DNA of 64,000 nucleotides, taken from Chloroflexota bacterium (GTDB lineage Bacteria > Chloroflexota > Dehalococcoidia > Lucifugimonadales > UBA3495). Below the pieces are notes generated by a model. It did not search any database. It was not told the DNA's origin and worked only from the letters and a program-made list of their open reading frames with translations. The stretch covers positions 1 to 64,000 of the forward strand of contig JAQBVF010000019.1 of the NCBI GenBank assembly GCA_027623675.1. Reading direction: 5' to 3'. The position numbers and the translations under genes are program-made. Of the stretch, positions 1 through 10,050 are shown one piece after another; position 1 is the stretch's first letter; every line of letters starts with the position of its first letter.

Positions 1-1
1 C

Positions 2-292
2 GCGAAGATTGAGGCCAAATTTGATCCGGAAACCAATGTGGCTTTCGAGATTGAACTCGATCAAGAAAAAGATGAGATTGAAGGTTGGACGGACAAAGTT
101 GAAGGCAACCAAGTAACGATTCGGACCGAAGACGGCAGGTTCTTAACCGTGACCGTCGGCGAAAACACCCGGATCGAATTGAACGATGACTCGATGGGCA
201 CCCTGAGCGACATCGTTAAAGGCGTCAAAATTGAGGCGGACTTCGACCCCATCTCCCTCACCGCGTTCAAGATTGCGCTTGAAGGAGACTAA
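2..292 (+). CDS. 3' end of a repeat-domain protein (DUF5666-like), truncated by window start
   Basis: Frame open from base 2; repeated motif KIEAKFDPETNVAFEIEL / KIEADFDPISLTAFKIAL. Confidence 0.6.
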   Translation, partial: AKIEAKFDPETNVAFEIELDQEKDEIEGWTDKVEGNQVTIRTEDGRFLTVTVGENTRIELNDDSMGTLSDIVKGVKIEADFDPISLTAFKIALEGD

Positions 293-374
293 AACGAGGA
301 CAGCGGCTACCAAGGCAGTGGAGACCGAAATTAGCTGAACCTGGCTTTGGCCAATGCTCCTCAGCCAGACACGG

Positions 375-449
375 GCCGGTGTAGCTCAGCGGTAGAGCAG
401 CTGTTTTGTAAACAGCAGGTCGTGGGTTCGACTCCTATCACCGGCTCCA
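375..449 (+). tRNA. tRNA-Thr(TGT)
   Basis: Acceptor GCCGGTG/CACCGGC, anticodon arm GCTGT-TTTGTAA-ACAGC, GGTTCGACTCC T-arm, encoded CCA. Confidence 0.96.
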
Positions 450-555
450 TTATTCATCCGCCGCCCCGGTTCCGCTAACGCAAACGCATTCAGGAGGACA
501 CCAAAGGAATTCACCAGTCCAAGGAAGACTTCAAGAAAGACACAGACGGGCCAAT

Positions 556-792
556 ATGACTACTCCCTCCCAACAATCCGGCGAGACTCCCGGAGACACG
601 CCAAACGAGGTTCCCTACGAGGTGCAGGCCTGTCCCAGGTGCCGGAGCACCGAGATCGACCGCAGGGACGGATTTCATCCCTTCGGCAGGTGGGGATGCC
701 GCGGTTGCGGCCGGGCGTTCATGATCCCTGGCCTTCAGATACGCGTCCTTCCCGCCCACGAGGCCCCGCCGCGGCACTGGCATTGGCAATGA
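556..792 (+). CDS. small zinc-ribbon hypothetical protein
   Basis: 78 aa with CPRC and CRGC motifs. Confidence 0.4.
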   Translation: MTTPSQQSGETPGDTPNEVPYEVQACPRCRSTEIDRRDGFHPFGRWGCRGCGRAFMIPGLQIRVLPAHEAPPRHWHWQ

Positions 793-947
793 AACAGCCT
801 GAGTTTTCCCTGAGTTTGCAAGGTTGATGCCGCCGCCTTGGTCATTCCGTCCGCCTTGGTCATTCCAATCAAAGAGACGAATGTCGTTGCTGATGGGATA
901 CCAACTACCGGTCCCGCGGAACGCTAGCAACTTCGAAGTCAAACGAA

Positions 948-985
948 GAGATTCTTCTCCTTCTCCGGAAGGATCAGAATGACAG
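948..985. repeat. palindromic intergenic repeat, family B
   Basis: AGATTCTTCTCCTTCTCCGGAAGGATCAGAATGACA, related to 42087-42124 and (inverted) 42035-42068. Confidence 0.7.
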
Positions 986-1147
986 GCGGCGAGTGTGGTT
1001 GCCCGGCACGACCGTCATTTCGCCTTTCGCCGTAATGACCGCATCTGCCCGGCAGCGTGCTGCCCTTGATGAAACTCCGGATGACTCATCTTTTTAGTTC
1101 ACCTGACTGATCGCCGGCAGGCGTCTAGCCTCCCGAAATGACGGTTG

Positions 1148-1441
1148 CTAGATGTCCAGCTTGTCCGGGTAATTGAACCTGGGTTCGTCCGCCAGAAACG
1201 GCCCCACGGTCTCGGCGATGCCGGTTTCGCCGCGCCATGCCTGGTACCGTTGCTGATGCTCCTTGGACGCCCAGTCTTCGACGAGATAGATCAGTCCCGG
1301 ATTTTCCTGGTCCTGGTACACGTCCACAGTCTGGCAACCGTCGAATGCCCTGGTGTCGGGCAGCAGTTCCTTGAGCAGCGCCTTGAACTCGCCGGCGCGC
1401 TCCGAATGTACGGAAAAGGCCAACGTCACGGTGACAGACAT
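1148..1441 (-). CDS. antibiotic biosynthesis monooxygenase (ABM) family protein
   Basis: 97 aa, LPDTRAFDGC...LVEDWASKEHQQRYQAWR pattern; GAGGAG RBS. Confidence 0.85.
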   Translation of the reverse strand: MSVTVTLAFSVHSERAGEFKALLKELLPDTRAFDGCQTVDVYQDQENPGLIYLVEDWASKEHQQRYQAWRGETGIAETVGPFLADEPRFNYPDKLDI

Positions 1442-1510
1442 CAGTTACTCCTCTTCTTCGGATTCAAACTTGCCCCGGCTTTTCGTTGTCAGAGGCGGTG
1501 GATCTTAGGC

Positions 1511-2452
1511 TTACTCTTCCGGGCCGAACTTGCCGCGCGCCTTCATCTCCTGGGGCAGCAGACTGTGGTAGATGAAGGTGTTTACCGGGGTTGGCACACC
1601 GGCCTCCTTGCCCAGCCGGACGACACCCCCGCTCTGCACTTCCAACTCGGAGGGGCGTCCTTCCATCAGATCGCGCTGCATGGATGACGTTCCGTCCGGC
1701 GGAGAGGCTTCAAGTCTGGCGATCGCCGCCGCAACCGCGTCGTTCGGCATCTGGATGCCCCGTCCCTGGGCCACCGCCACGACCTCCCGGACCACCTGCT
1801 GGGCCATCTCCCACGACTCGGGCACACTGCGCCATTGGCCGGAGGGCACGCGGGTTATGGCGCCTATGCCGCTGTTGGCGGCCATGAAGGCCAGTTTTCC
1901 CCACAGCGCCGCGTGGATGTTGGAGGGGACGCTGGCCCGGACATCGGCGTTCTGAAAAGCCCGCAACAACTGTTGGGTCCGCTCGGTGGTTGAGTCGTCC
2001 GTCTCTCCGAAGGCAACGAAGGGTTCGCCGCCGGCGTGGAGGATGTGTCCCGGTCCGACGATGTAGCTGATAAGCCCGCCCAAACCGACCACCACCGCCT
2101 GCTTGCCCAGCACGGCCGCGAGTTGGTCTGGGGCTTCCACACCGTTCTGCATGGGCACGACAAATGTGTGGGGGCCGATCATGGGACGCATGGCCTTGGC
2201 CGCGTCGTTCACCTGCCAAGCCTTGACTCCCAGTATCACCACGTCCACCGTGCCGGCCTCGGTGGGATTGTTGGTGGCCAGGGCCGGTACGGCCACAAAA
2301 TCACCCTTGATGCTGTCCACCCGGAGTCCGTGTTCACGGATCGCTTCCAGATGCTCGCCCCGGGCGATAAGGACCACCTCTTCGCCAGCCTGAGACAATC
2401 GCCCGCCCAGATAACCGCCGATGCCGCCGGCGCCGAATATGGCTATCCGCAA
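1511..2452 (-). CDS. panE: 2-dehydropantoate 2-reductase (ketopantoate reductase)
   Basis: GAGGIGG Rossmann motif, MQNG, WGKL, SSMQRD...GRPSE. Confidence 0.9.
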   Translation of the reverse strand: MRIAIFGAGGIGGYLGGRLSQAGEEVVLIARGEHLEAIREHGLRVDSIKGDFVAVPALATNNPTEAGTVDVVILGVKAWQVNDAAKAMRPMIGPHTFVVPMQNGVEAPDQLAAVLGKQAVVVGLGGLISYIVGPGHILHAGGEPFVAFGETDDSTTERTQQLLRAFQNADVRASVPSNIHAALWGKLAFMAANSGIGAITRVPSGQWRSVPESWEMAQQVVREVVAVAQGRGIQMPNDAVAAAIARLEASPPDGTSSMQRDLMEGRPSELEVQSGGVVRLGKEAGVPTPVNTFIYHSLLPQEMKARGKFGPEE

Positions 2453-2484
2453 AGTTCCGTCTCCCCTTGATCGAATAGGCCAGG

Positions 2485-2913
2485 CTAATCAGCCAGTCTC
2501 CGGTCCGGCCCCGCCAATTCCAACAAACGCCGCCAGTTCCGGCGGGTGTTGTCCTGACGCAGCATGCAGACCTTGATGTTGTGTGGGCCTTCGCCGTGAG
2601 CGCAGGAATGGCCAATCTTGCCCCGAACTTTATCACACCAGATATAGGCGTGAATCAGGGGCAGCGGGTTCTCCACCTGGGTGCCGCCGGCAGTGGTGTC
2701 CCAGCGGTGGCCATGCAAATCGGACCAGCGGACCCGGCCCATTCCACGGTCGTCCCAGTCCCGCCGGACGTAGACGGTGGAGCGCCCGAATGTCTGCCGC
2801 CAGGCCAAGCCGAAGGTCAGGCGCGTCACGGTGGAAAACAGCCAAAATCCCAGGCGCAACACCATCCACAGCGCCCATAGGATTTTGACGGCGAACCTGA
2901 CGGACCTAGTCAT
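2485..2913 (-). CDS. hypothetical protein with N-terminal hydrophobic segment and His/Cys motif
   Basis: 142-aa ORF; HAYIWC...HSCAHGEGPH...C. Confidence 0.6.
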   Translation of the reverse strand: MTRSVRFAVKILWALWMVLRLGFWLFSTVTRLTFGLAWRQTFGRSTVYVRRDWDDRGMGRVRWSDLHGHRWDTTAGGTQVENPLPLIHAYIWCDKVRGKIGHSCAHGEGPHNIKVCMLRQDNTRRNWRRLLELAGPDRRLAD

Positions 2914-3051
2914 GCGTCACCTGATCTCTGCTTTTGGCTTGCGGCTGCGGTTTGCAGTCCCGTTTCTGGCTGCGGCTTAACTGTAGATTGCCCCAGTTGG
3001 ACGATTAATACAAGAAGATTCAGCACGGACACTAATGTTTCATCCGGGTGA

Positions 3052-3393
3052 ATGCCGATGTCAACCGAAGTTAGAAACTGGAACCGCACCAAGACTCCAC
3101 TCCTCAAACAGGTCGGACTCGCTCTCGCCAGCCTGTGGGTGATCATGCTGGTCGCCGCCGTGTCCGCTACCATCTACCGCGAGTTTGACGGTCCCACCGT
3201 ACGGGACACCATGGCCCAGAATGTGGACCTTTCGACCACCAATTCCTCCCTCAAGATAGGGTTGGACTCGGCGCAGAGGGCCAATGCCGCCGCCCAGGCG
3301 ACCATCGACAAACTGAACGCTGAGAAAGCCAATCTCAGGTCGCTGTTCGAGTCGTACATCGCTCCGATCCCCTTGCTGAAGTCCGGCCCCTAG
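3052..3393 (+). CDS. membrane-anchored coiled-coil hypothetical protein
   Basis: One TM segment followed by an Ala-rich helical region. Confidence 0.6.
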   Translation: MPMSTEVRNWNRTKTPLLKQVGLALASLWVIMLVAAVSATIYREFDGPTVRDTMAQNVDLSTTNSSLKIGLDSAQRANAAAQATIDKLNAEKANLRSLFESYIAPIPLLKSGP

Positions 3394-3575
3394 CCAGATC
3401 GGCCGCCTGGGCGCCGGCGTTGGCACGTCATATCCGGCCCTTCCCGGTCAATACCGCCATTGACGCGCCCTCTTCTCTCTCTATAATGGCCTTCACCAGG
3501 CTCGGACGAATCCAACTTCACCGTCCCGTGACATCGCCAACGGTGATGCCCCGGGAAGTGGCCGGAGAGAGAAGC

Positions 3576-4733
3576 ATGAAATTCGGATTGTTCTACCAGA
3601 TCCAGGTTCCCAGGCCTTGGGATGAAGAAAGCGAAGCCAGGCGCATCTGGGAGGCATTGGACCAGATCGTCTACGCCGAAGAGATGGGCTACGACAGCGT
3701 TTGGTTCTCGGAGCACCATTTCCGCCCCGTGTGGTCCCACAACAGCGCCCCCGATCTAACCCTGGCCGCCGTCAGCCAGCGCACCTCCCGCATCCGCCTT
3801 GGCGTGGGCGTGGTGCTGGCCCCCATCCATCACCCCTTGCACACTGCCGCCCGCATGGCCACGCTGGACATACTGAGCAACGGTCGCGTGGACGTTGGCC
3901 TGGGCCGCACCGGCTATCCGTACCAGCTAACCCCCTACGGGACCAAGCTGGAGGACACCCGGAGCATGTGGCATGAGTTCGCGGAGGTCCTGCCAAAGAT
4001 CTGGACCGAGGAAGTGGTCTCCCACGAGGGCCAGCACTACCAGATACCGCCCAGGGAAGTGCTGCCCAAGCCTCTCCAAAAGCCCCATCCGCCGCTGTGG
4101 TCGGCCTGTTCCAGCGAGGAGACCACCCGCACTGCAGCCGAGCTTGGGCTGGGCGCACTGGTCGGCAGCGAGGGTGGACCTGATAAGGTCGGCCAGGTTT
4201 TGGAGCTGTACCAGAAGATGCAGCGATCGGTGCAATCGTCCGGGGGCCAACGGCCGGCGCTGGTCAACAACCACAACGCCCTGATGACAGCCGGGTTCTG
4301 TCACGAGGACCCCAAGGTGATCGAAAGCCGGGGCACGGAGCTGATCGGCTGGTACATGGACCAACAGCGGGAACGCGCCCGCCTGGTGTGGCAGGGGGTT
4401 GATCCGGCCACCATACCGCCCGACTACCAGGGCTATTACGAGCGGGACATGAAACTGGCCGCCGGACCGCATCCAGGTGACGCCACCGCCAGCGAGACGG
4501 TCAAAAAGGGCACGTCGTTCTGCGCCGGCACACCCGAGCAGTGCATCGAGTTCTTCGAGAGATACGAGGCGATGGGCATCGAGCAGGTGTTCCTACTCTC
4601 AGCCATCGGCCCGGCCACCAACGAGGAGGTGATGAACACCCTGACCATGTTCGGCAAACACGTCATCCCCCACTTCCGGGCCAAGGAGAAAGCCCAGGCA
4701 GGCGCGGGGATGCCTTCGGCGGCCAACGACTAG
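3576..4733 (+). CDS. LLM class flavin-dependent oxidoreductase
   Basis: MKFGLF start after GGAGAG; WFSEHHF, PKPLQKPHPPLW. Confidence 0.92.
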   Translation: MKFGLFYQIQVPRPWDEESEARRIWEALDQIVYAEEMGYDSVWFSEHHFRPVWSHNSAPDLTLAAVSQRTSRIRLGVGVVLAPIHHPLHTAARMATLDILSNGRVDVGLGRTGYPYQLTPYGTKLEDTRSMWHEFAEVLPKIWTEEVVSHEGQHYQIPPREVLPKPLQKPHPPLWSACSSEETTRTAAELGLGALVGSEGGPDKVGQVLELYQKMQRSVQSSGGQRPALVNNHNALMTAGFCHEDPKVIESRGTELIGWYMDQQRERARLVWQGVDPATIPPDYQGYYERDMKLAAGPHPGDATASETVKKGTSFCAGTPEQCIEFFERYEAMGIEQVFLLSAIGPATNEEVMNTLTMFGKHVIPHFRAKEKAQAGAGMPSAAND

Positions 4734-4784
4734 GCGTTGGTTGCGTTGGCGCCGGCGGTGAACGGGACCGGGGATTTTGATTCT

Positions 4785-5025
4785 GCTCGTGGCGAGCTGC
4801 GTAGAACCACCGGTCCACCCGAGCAAGGGTTCTTGCGGCAGAAACTTGACTGTTGCGCGTCCTTCGACAGTCTCAGGTTGAGCGGTCGGGGACGATAAGT
4901 CCTCGTCCTGAAGAACAGGTACGCCTACAACGCTCATGGTGAGATACTTGTCGGACCATTGGTTCGGAGCTGCGGTGCAGGGATTCGGATTTGACCGTGC
5001 ATGGTCCTTCGCCGGGCTCATGATG
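4785..5025. repeat. cluster of degenerate REP-like family A copies (two inverted pairs)
   Basis: GTCCTTCGACAGTCTCAGGTTGAGCGG at 4859-4885, plus degenerate copies near 4785, 4931 and 5004. Confidence 0.7.
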
Positions 5026-5133
5026 GTGGCCTTCCGGCAGCGTGCCGTACGAAACAATGCGTTGGAGCGCGGTCTGGATGTAATCTAGGCGGACGGGCAG
5101 ACAACCCGCCAAAAAAATCTCTGGAGAGGTCGT

Positions 5134-6018
5134 ATGAAGATAGGGGTAGTTTTCCCGCAAACCGAGATCGGCGCGGACCCGGCCGCGGTGCGCGATTACG
5201 TGCAGGCGGTCGAGGGTCTTGGCTATTCTCACATGCTGGCCTACGACCACGTTCTGGGGGCCGACACCAGCCATCACGACAACTGGCAGGGCAGCTACAC
5301 CTCGAAGTCAATGTTCCACGAGCCGTTCGTGCTCTTCGGCTACCTGGCTGGCGTCACGACGACCCTGGAGTTGGTGACGGCGGTGTTGATCTTGGGCCAG
5401 CGGCAAACGGCCCTGGTGGCCAAGCAGGCTGCCGAGGTAGACCGGTTGACCGGCGGACGTCTGCGGCTGGGCGTTGGCGTGGGATGGAACCATGTGGAGT
5501 ATGAAGCGCTGAGCCAGGACTTCAGCAACCGGGGCAGCAGATACGGGGAGCAGATCGAGCTGCTGCGTGAGTTCTGGACCAAAGACGTGGTGGGGTTCGA
5601 AGGCCGGTACCACAAGGTGGACCACGCTGGAATCAATCCGCAGCCGGTGCAGCGGCCGATCCCCATCTGGATGGGCGCCGGCGCCAGGGCCAACCCAGTC
5701 CCCACCGACCGTGTGCTGCGCCGGGTGGCGCGGCTGGCCGATGGCTGGTTCCCGCAGATGCAGCCGGGCGATGACGCCAAAGCCACGGTGGAGCGGCTGA
5801 AGGTCTTCGCTGACCAAGCCGGGCGCGACGCGGCCAAGATCGGCATGGAGCCCCGGATAAACCTGGCCGACGGCGACCCGGAGTTCTGGCAGGGTCAGGC
5901 CAGGGCTTGGCAGGAGATGGGCGCGACCCACGTGTCGATCAACACCATGCGGGCCGGCCTGGAATCGCCTCAAGACCACATCAACGCGGTCCAGCAGTTC
6001 AAAGAGGTGGTCGGCTAG
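5134..6018 (+). CDS. LLM class F420-dependent oxidoreductase
   Basis: MKIGVVFPQTEIG, YDHVLG, GVGVGWN, PIPIWMG. Confidence 0.92.
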   Translation: MKIGVVFPQTEIGADPAAVRDYVQAVEGLGYSHMLAYDHVLGADTSHHDNWQGSYTSKSMFHEPFVLFGYLAGVTTTLELVTAVLILGQRQTALVAKQAAEVDRLTGGRLRLGVGVGWNHVEYEALSQDFSNRGSRYGEQIELLREFWTKDVVGFEGRYHKVDHAGINPQPVQRPIPIWMGAGARANPVPTDRVLRRVARLADGWFPQMQPGDDAKATVERLKVFADQAGRDAAKIGMEPRINLADGDPEFWQGQARAWQEMGATHVSINTMRAGLESPQDHINAVQQFKEVVG

Positions 6019-6097
6019 GTTTACCGCGACTGGATCTGCGGCCGGCGGGACTCGACCAGGGGGCCCGCCGCCGGGTTGGCTTCCTGGTCAACCGGCG

Positions 6098-8047
6098 TCA
6101 CCCCACCGGGCCGTCGCCGACCGCGGCCCCAATCTTTACCGGCAGGCGCACGGTGAAGGTGGAACCGACGCCCAGTCGGCTAGACGCTTCCAGCTTGCCA
6201 TTGTGTTTTTCGATTATGCGCTGGCTAAGGGCCAAGCCCAGGCCGGTGCCTTGTATCTTGGTTGTGTAGAGGGGGTCAAATATCCTCTTGACTACCTCAG
6301 GGTCTATTCCGGCCCCGGTGTCCGTGAAGGAAATCTCCACCTGCGATGCATCATTCCTCATGGCCAGGGTCAATTTCCCGCCCTCCGGCATCGTCTCTTT
6401 GGCGTTCTGTGCCAGGCAACCGAACACCCTTACTAATTGGTCGTGGTCGCCCTGGATCTCCACATCCGCGTCGTCGAAATTCCTCTCCACAGCCACATCA
6501 CTTGGCAGACACGAGTCACGCATCGCCTGCTCCAGCGCTTCGCTCAGAGGGACCGTGGAATACTCGGGAGGGGCGATCCGGGTGAAGTAGATCAGCTCCC
6601 CAATGATTCTGTCGCATTCGGTGATGCGTTCGTCCATTACGTCCAGGAACTCTGCAATCTTGGGGTCGGTGGTCAGCTTGTTCGACTTGACGAGCCTGGA
6701 TTTCAGGAAGAATACGCCGTTGCGGATGGCGCCCAATGGATTGCGCAAATCGTGGGCCACTCCCGCCGACAGTTCACCGATGACCGCAAGTTTCTCGGTT
6801 TGCACCAGTTGGCCCTGGGCATCCAGTAGCTGGGCGTTCGCGCGCTCCAACTCATCGGTCCGCTCGAAAACCCGCATCTCCAAGTTCTTGTTCGCCAGCT
6901 CCAATTGTGAAGTCTTCTCCCTGAGATTGTCAGCCATCCGGTTGAATTCGTGGGCCAGCGCGCCGATCTCGTCCCGTGATGTTTCTTCGACCTTGACGGC
7001 AAGATTGCCGTTGGCAAGTTCGACTGCTCCGTTGCGCAGGCGCATTATCCGGCGGGTGATCGTCCGGGTGACCACATAGCCCACACCCAGCACCAACAGC
7101 GCCAACGCCGCCGCCACCATCACTTGGTTGGCGGCCAGTTCGTCGCGAAGGCTCACAACCGGCGAGGTGGTCAGCGCCACCGCGAACACCCCCACCGTTT
7201 TGCCGCCAAGTTCCAGCGGAGCGTACACCGCGCGTTGATCTGTACCGTCCACCGTGACCACGCCGGGGACCACCTGACCCGACCAGGCTTGTTCGACCGG
7301 CACGGGGTCAACCACGACTGGGAAGACGCGGCCGGTCGGATAGGAGGCGGCCGAGACTTCGTTGTCTTCAAAGATCGTCAGTAATAGCGGATCGGACCGG
7401 CGGAAATTCAAGGCAGTCAACCCCGCCTCGCCCAATTCCTGCCCGACCGTGATTGCCCCGATCAGGCCATTCGAGTCCTTTATCGGTCGAACGACCGTTA
7501 ACGACCAGCCACTGGTGGACCGGACCAAACCGGCGGCATCAAGGCCTGCCAGGCCCAGGTCGTTCAGGTCATCCAGCGAACTTTGCTCCAAGCTGCGTCC
7601 CTTCTCGTGTTCGTGCCCCAGGGATATGCCATTCACGTCGACCACCTCGACGTGTTCAAGCCCGTGACGGACCCTCATGGCAAGCAGATTGGAAACGATC
7701 AGCGCGCTATTGGAGTCTCGTACGCCGCTCAGCAAGACGGGATCCGCCGCAAATCCATCGGCCAATTGACCGAGGTCAAATTGAAAATCCTCGAATCGGT
7801 CCCGGATTATGGGGACCTCTCCGGCAAGCCGTTCGTTGCTGGTCTCCGATGCCAACCGGTTCAGGCCGATCACTGTCAGCGGCAGGGTAACCGCCATCGT
7901 CAGAACCAGCGGCACGACTACCAAGAGCATTAGCCTGGTGGACAACGAAAGGTCGGCGAGGACGGGGAGCCGAAGCAGGACCAGTCTCCGCTTTTCCCCG
8001 TCTTGCCGCTGCATTGACATCTGCGGTACGTTGATCGGAATGTTCAT
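6098..8047 (-). CDS. membrane sensor histidine kinase (extracellular sensor, HAMP, HisKA, HATPase)
   Basis: Two TMs, HAMP (DEIGALAHEFNRM), H-box AHDLRNPL, DTGAG and GTGLGL boxes. Confidence 0.92.
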   Translation of the reverse strand: MNIPINVPQMSMQRQDGEKRRLVLLRLPVLADLSLSTRLMLLVVVPLVLTMAVTLPLTVIGLNRLASETSNERLAGEVPIIRDRFEDFQFDLGQLADGFAADPVLLSGVRDSNSALIVSNLLAMRVRHGLEHVEVVDVNGISLGHEHEKGRSLEQSSLDDLNDLGLAGLDAAGLVRSTSGWSLTVVRPIKDSNGLIGAITVGQELGEAGLTALNFRRSDPLLLTIFEDNEVSAASYPTGRVFPVVVDPVPVEQAWSGQVVPGVVTVDGTDQRAVYAPLELGGKTVGVFAVALTTSPVVSLRDELAANQVMVAAALALLVLGVGYVVTRTITRRIMRLRNGAVELANGNLAVKVEETSRDEIGALAHEFNRMADNLREKTSQLELANKNLEMRVFERTDELERANAQLLDAQGQLVQTEKLAVIGELSAGVAHDLRNPLGAIRNGVFFLKSRLVKSNKLTTDPKIAEFLDVMDERITECDRIIGELIYFTRIAPPEYSTVPLSEALEQAMRDSCLPSDVAVERNFDDADVEIQGDHDQLVRVFGCLAQNAKETMPEGGKLTLAMRNDASQVEISFTDTGAGIDPEVVKRIFDPLYTTKIQGTGLGLALSQRIIEKHNGKLEASSRLGVGSTFTVRLPVKIGAAVGDGPVG

Positions 8048-8901
8048 CCTGCCGCCAGTAGACCCAGATCTGCCAATATCGCCCCGGCCTCTGCCCCTGT
8101 TATGTAATCTAGAAAGCTCTGGACCCTGCCCTGCGCCGCCGGAAGAAATGCAACTCCGAGATCGCGGGCCGGCAGCGGGTAGCCTGGTCCTTGGCCGGAG
8201 GGATGCACCCCGTCCAACGCCACTGGGTTAACACTGCTGCCACTGCTAACGACACCGCTGAACGCCAGGTAACCGATGGCCCCGGCCGCCTTGTTCAGAG
8301 CCTCTTTCGCGTCGGACTCGCTGGTCATCAACAAGGCAGTTTCGCTGAACGGCGTGTCTCCCATGATTCCGGCGCGCATTATCTTGGTATTGCTGTCATC
8401 CTCTTCCCGTATGATGATCCGGATGAGCACGTCAGGTCCGCCGACCTCCGACCAATTGCGGATCTCCCCGGAGAAGATGCCGCGCACCTGCTCCACCGGC
8501 AACCCAGGTAAAGGCAGGTCTGAGCTTGTCACCACCGATACCCTCTCGGCGGCGAAATTGACGTACTCGATCCCTGTCGCCATCTCGTCCTGCTTTGGCA
8601 GCCGCGACATGGCTCCCAGGTCGAGGAAGCCGGCGTTAACGCCCTTTACGCCTCCCGATGAACCCGAGCCCTCCAAGAACTCGAAGGCAACCCCCGGATT
8701 CGATCTGGTGTATTCGTTGGCCAATGCCTGAAGCGTTCTTGACGTGCCACCGGCGCCGGATATCCGAATGACCGGCTCGCCGGACCCAGCCGCAACACTG
8801 ATGCTGTTCACCTGACCTGCCGAACAGCCCATCACGGCAATGAGTATCATCGCCAACAGCGGCAGCAATGTTAACCGATTTACCAGAATGTTTATCTGCA
8901 C
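8044..8901 (-). CDS. PstS-like (PBP superfamily) substrate-binding lipoprotein
   Basis: Lipobox-like AVMGC; GSGSSGGVKGV, IFSGEIRNWSEVGG; stop overlaps the kinase start; start codon uncertain. Confidence 0.8.
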   Translation of the reverse strand: MQINILVNRLTLLPLLAMILIAVMGCSAGQVNSISVAAGSGEPVIRISGAGGTSRTLQALANEYTRSNPGVAFEFLEGSGSSGGVKGVNAGFLDLGAMSRLPKQDEMATGIEYVNFAAERVSVVTSSDLPLPGLPVEQVRGIFSGEIRNWSEVGGPDVLIRIIIREEDDSNTKIMRAGIMGDTPFSETALLMTSESDAKEALNKAAGAIGYLAFSGVVSSGSSVNPVALDGVHPSGQGPGYPLPARDLGVAFLPAAQGRVQSFLDYITGAEAGAILADLGLLAAG

Positions 8902-9233
8902 GCCTGATCCCCCATCCGTTTCCGGTTCGCCGCCCGTCACCCGCCTGGGATTCCTTAACACGCGAGTCACACAACGTCCCTCCACGATTCTTTCATCGAT
9001 TCTCCCATCCAGGCGCGTTATGGCAAAGTGCCGCTGGGACCGGATGCGGTCTGCGGTCTGCCCATTTGGCGGCCCTTTTAAGCCAGCGTGCTGGCCCGCA
9101 AGGACCAACCCGCACTCGGGGTTGCTTCCCTAGTGCGGCAAGGCTATTCTTTCTGGCAGGTCCCGCTCTTCAAGCCCGGCCGGGAAACCCGGCGAAAATC
9201 AGGCCGGCCGGAACCAACATCGGACCGAAGATC

Positions 9234-9953
9234 ATGTGCGGCAGATTTACCCTCACCTCCAATCTGGACGAGTTGCAAGGCCGGTTCGGGTTCTTGTCTG
9301 AGTTCACCGGAGATTCAACCGGCGGCGCGTTCGACCACGAGCCTAGATACAACATCGCCCCCACCCAACCGGTGTTGACCGTGACCAACGACGGCCAGCG
9401 GCGCGGCGAGATGATGCGCTGGGGCCTGGTGCCCTTCTGGGCCAAAGACATCAAGATCGGGGCGCGAATGATCAACGCGGTGGGGGAAACGGCCGCAACC
9501 AAGCCGGCTTTCAGGGCGGCGTTCAAGAAGCGGCGTTGTCTGGTCCTGGCCAACGGCTTCTACGAATGGCGGAAAGACGGCAAACTTAAGATTCCGACGT
9601 ACATCCATCAGCTTAGCGGCGAGCCGATGGCCTTCGCCGGATTGTGGGAGACTTGGAAGTCTCCGGAAGGCCAGGTGGTCCGCTCCTGCACCATAATCAC
9701 CACCGCGGCCAACGCGATGATCGAGCCGATACACAACCGCATGCCGGTCATCTTGTCCGGCGAGACTCAAGCCCTTTGGCTGGACCCCCTGACCGAGGAC
9801 CCCAAGACGCTGACTCCCCTGCTGATCCCCGCGCCGGTCGAACTCCTGACCTCCCATGTCGTGGCGGATACGGTGAATTCGGTGCGGAACCAGGGCCCCG
9901 AATGCATCATGCCCGTGGACGAGAACCAGGAAGACGGGCGGCTATTCCCCTAG
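9234..9953 (+). CDS. SOS response-associated peptidase (SRAP/YedK/HMCES family)
   Basis: N-terminal MCGRF, RYNIAPTQ, WGLVPFW, HNRMPVIL. Confidence 0.93.
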   Translation: MCGRFTLTSNLDELQGRFGFLSEFTGDSTGGAFDHEPRYNIAPTQPVLTVTNDGQRRGEMMRWGLVPFWAKDIKIGARMINAVGETAATKPAFRAAFKKRRCLVLANGFYEWRKDGKLKIPTYIHQLSGEPMAFAGLWETWKSPEGQVVRSCTIITTAANAMIEPIHNRMPVILSGETQALWLDPLTEDPKTLTPLLIPAPVELLTSHVVADTVNSVRNQGPECIMPVDENQEDGRLFP

Positions 9954-10050
9954 CCGGTTCTTTGTGCCCAAGTTCCGGGCCAAAATATCAGAACCCAAAC
10001 TCCAGCCCGGACCGGCTGCTCCCAAGCTAGCCGGGCGTTAAACTTGTCTA

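Noticed and set aside
833..866. Two-copy 18-bp tandem repeat (CCGCCTTGGTCATTCC core)
   Set aside because: A simple local duplication with no further structure.
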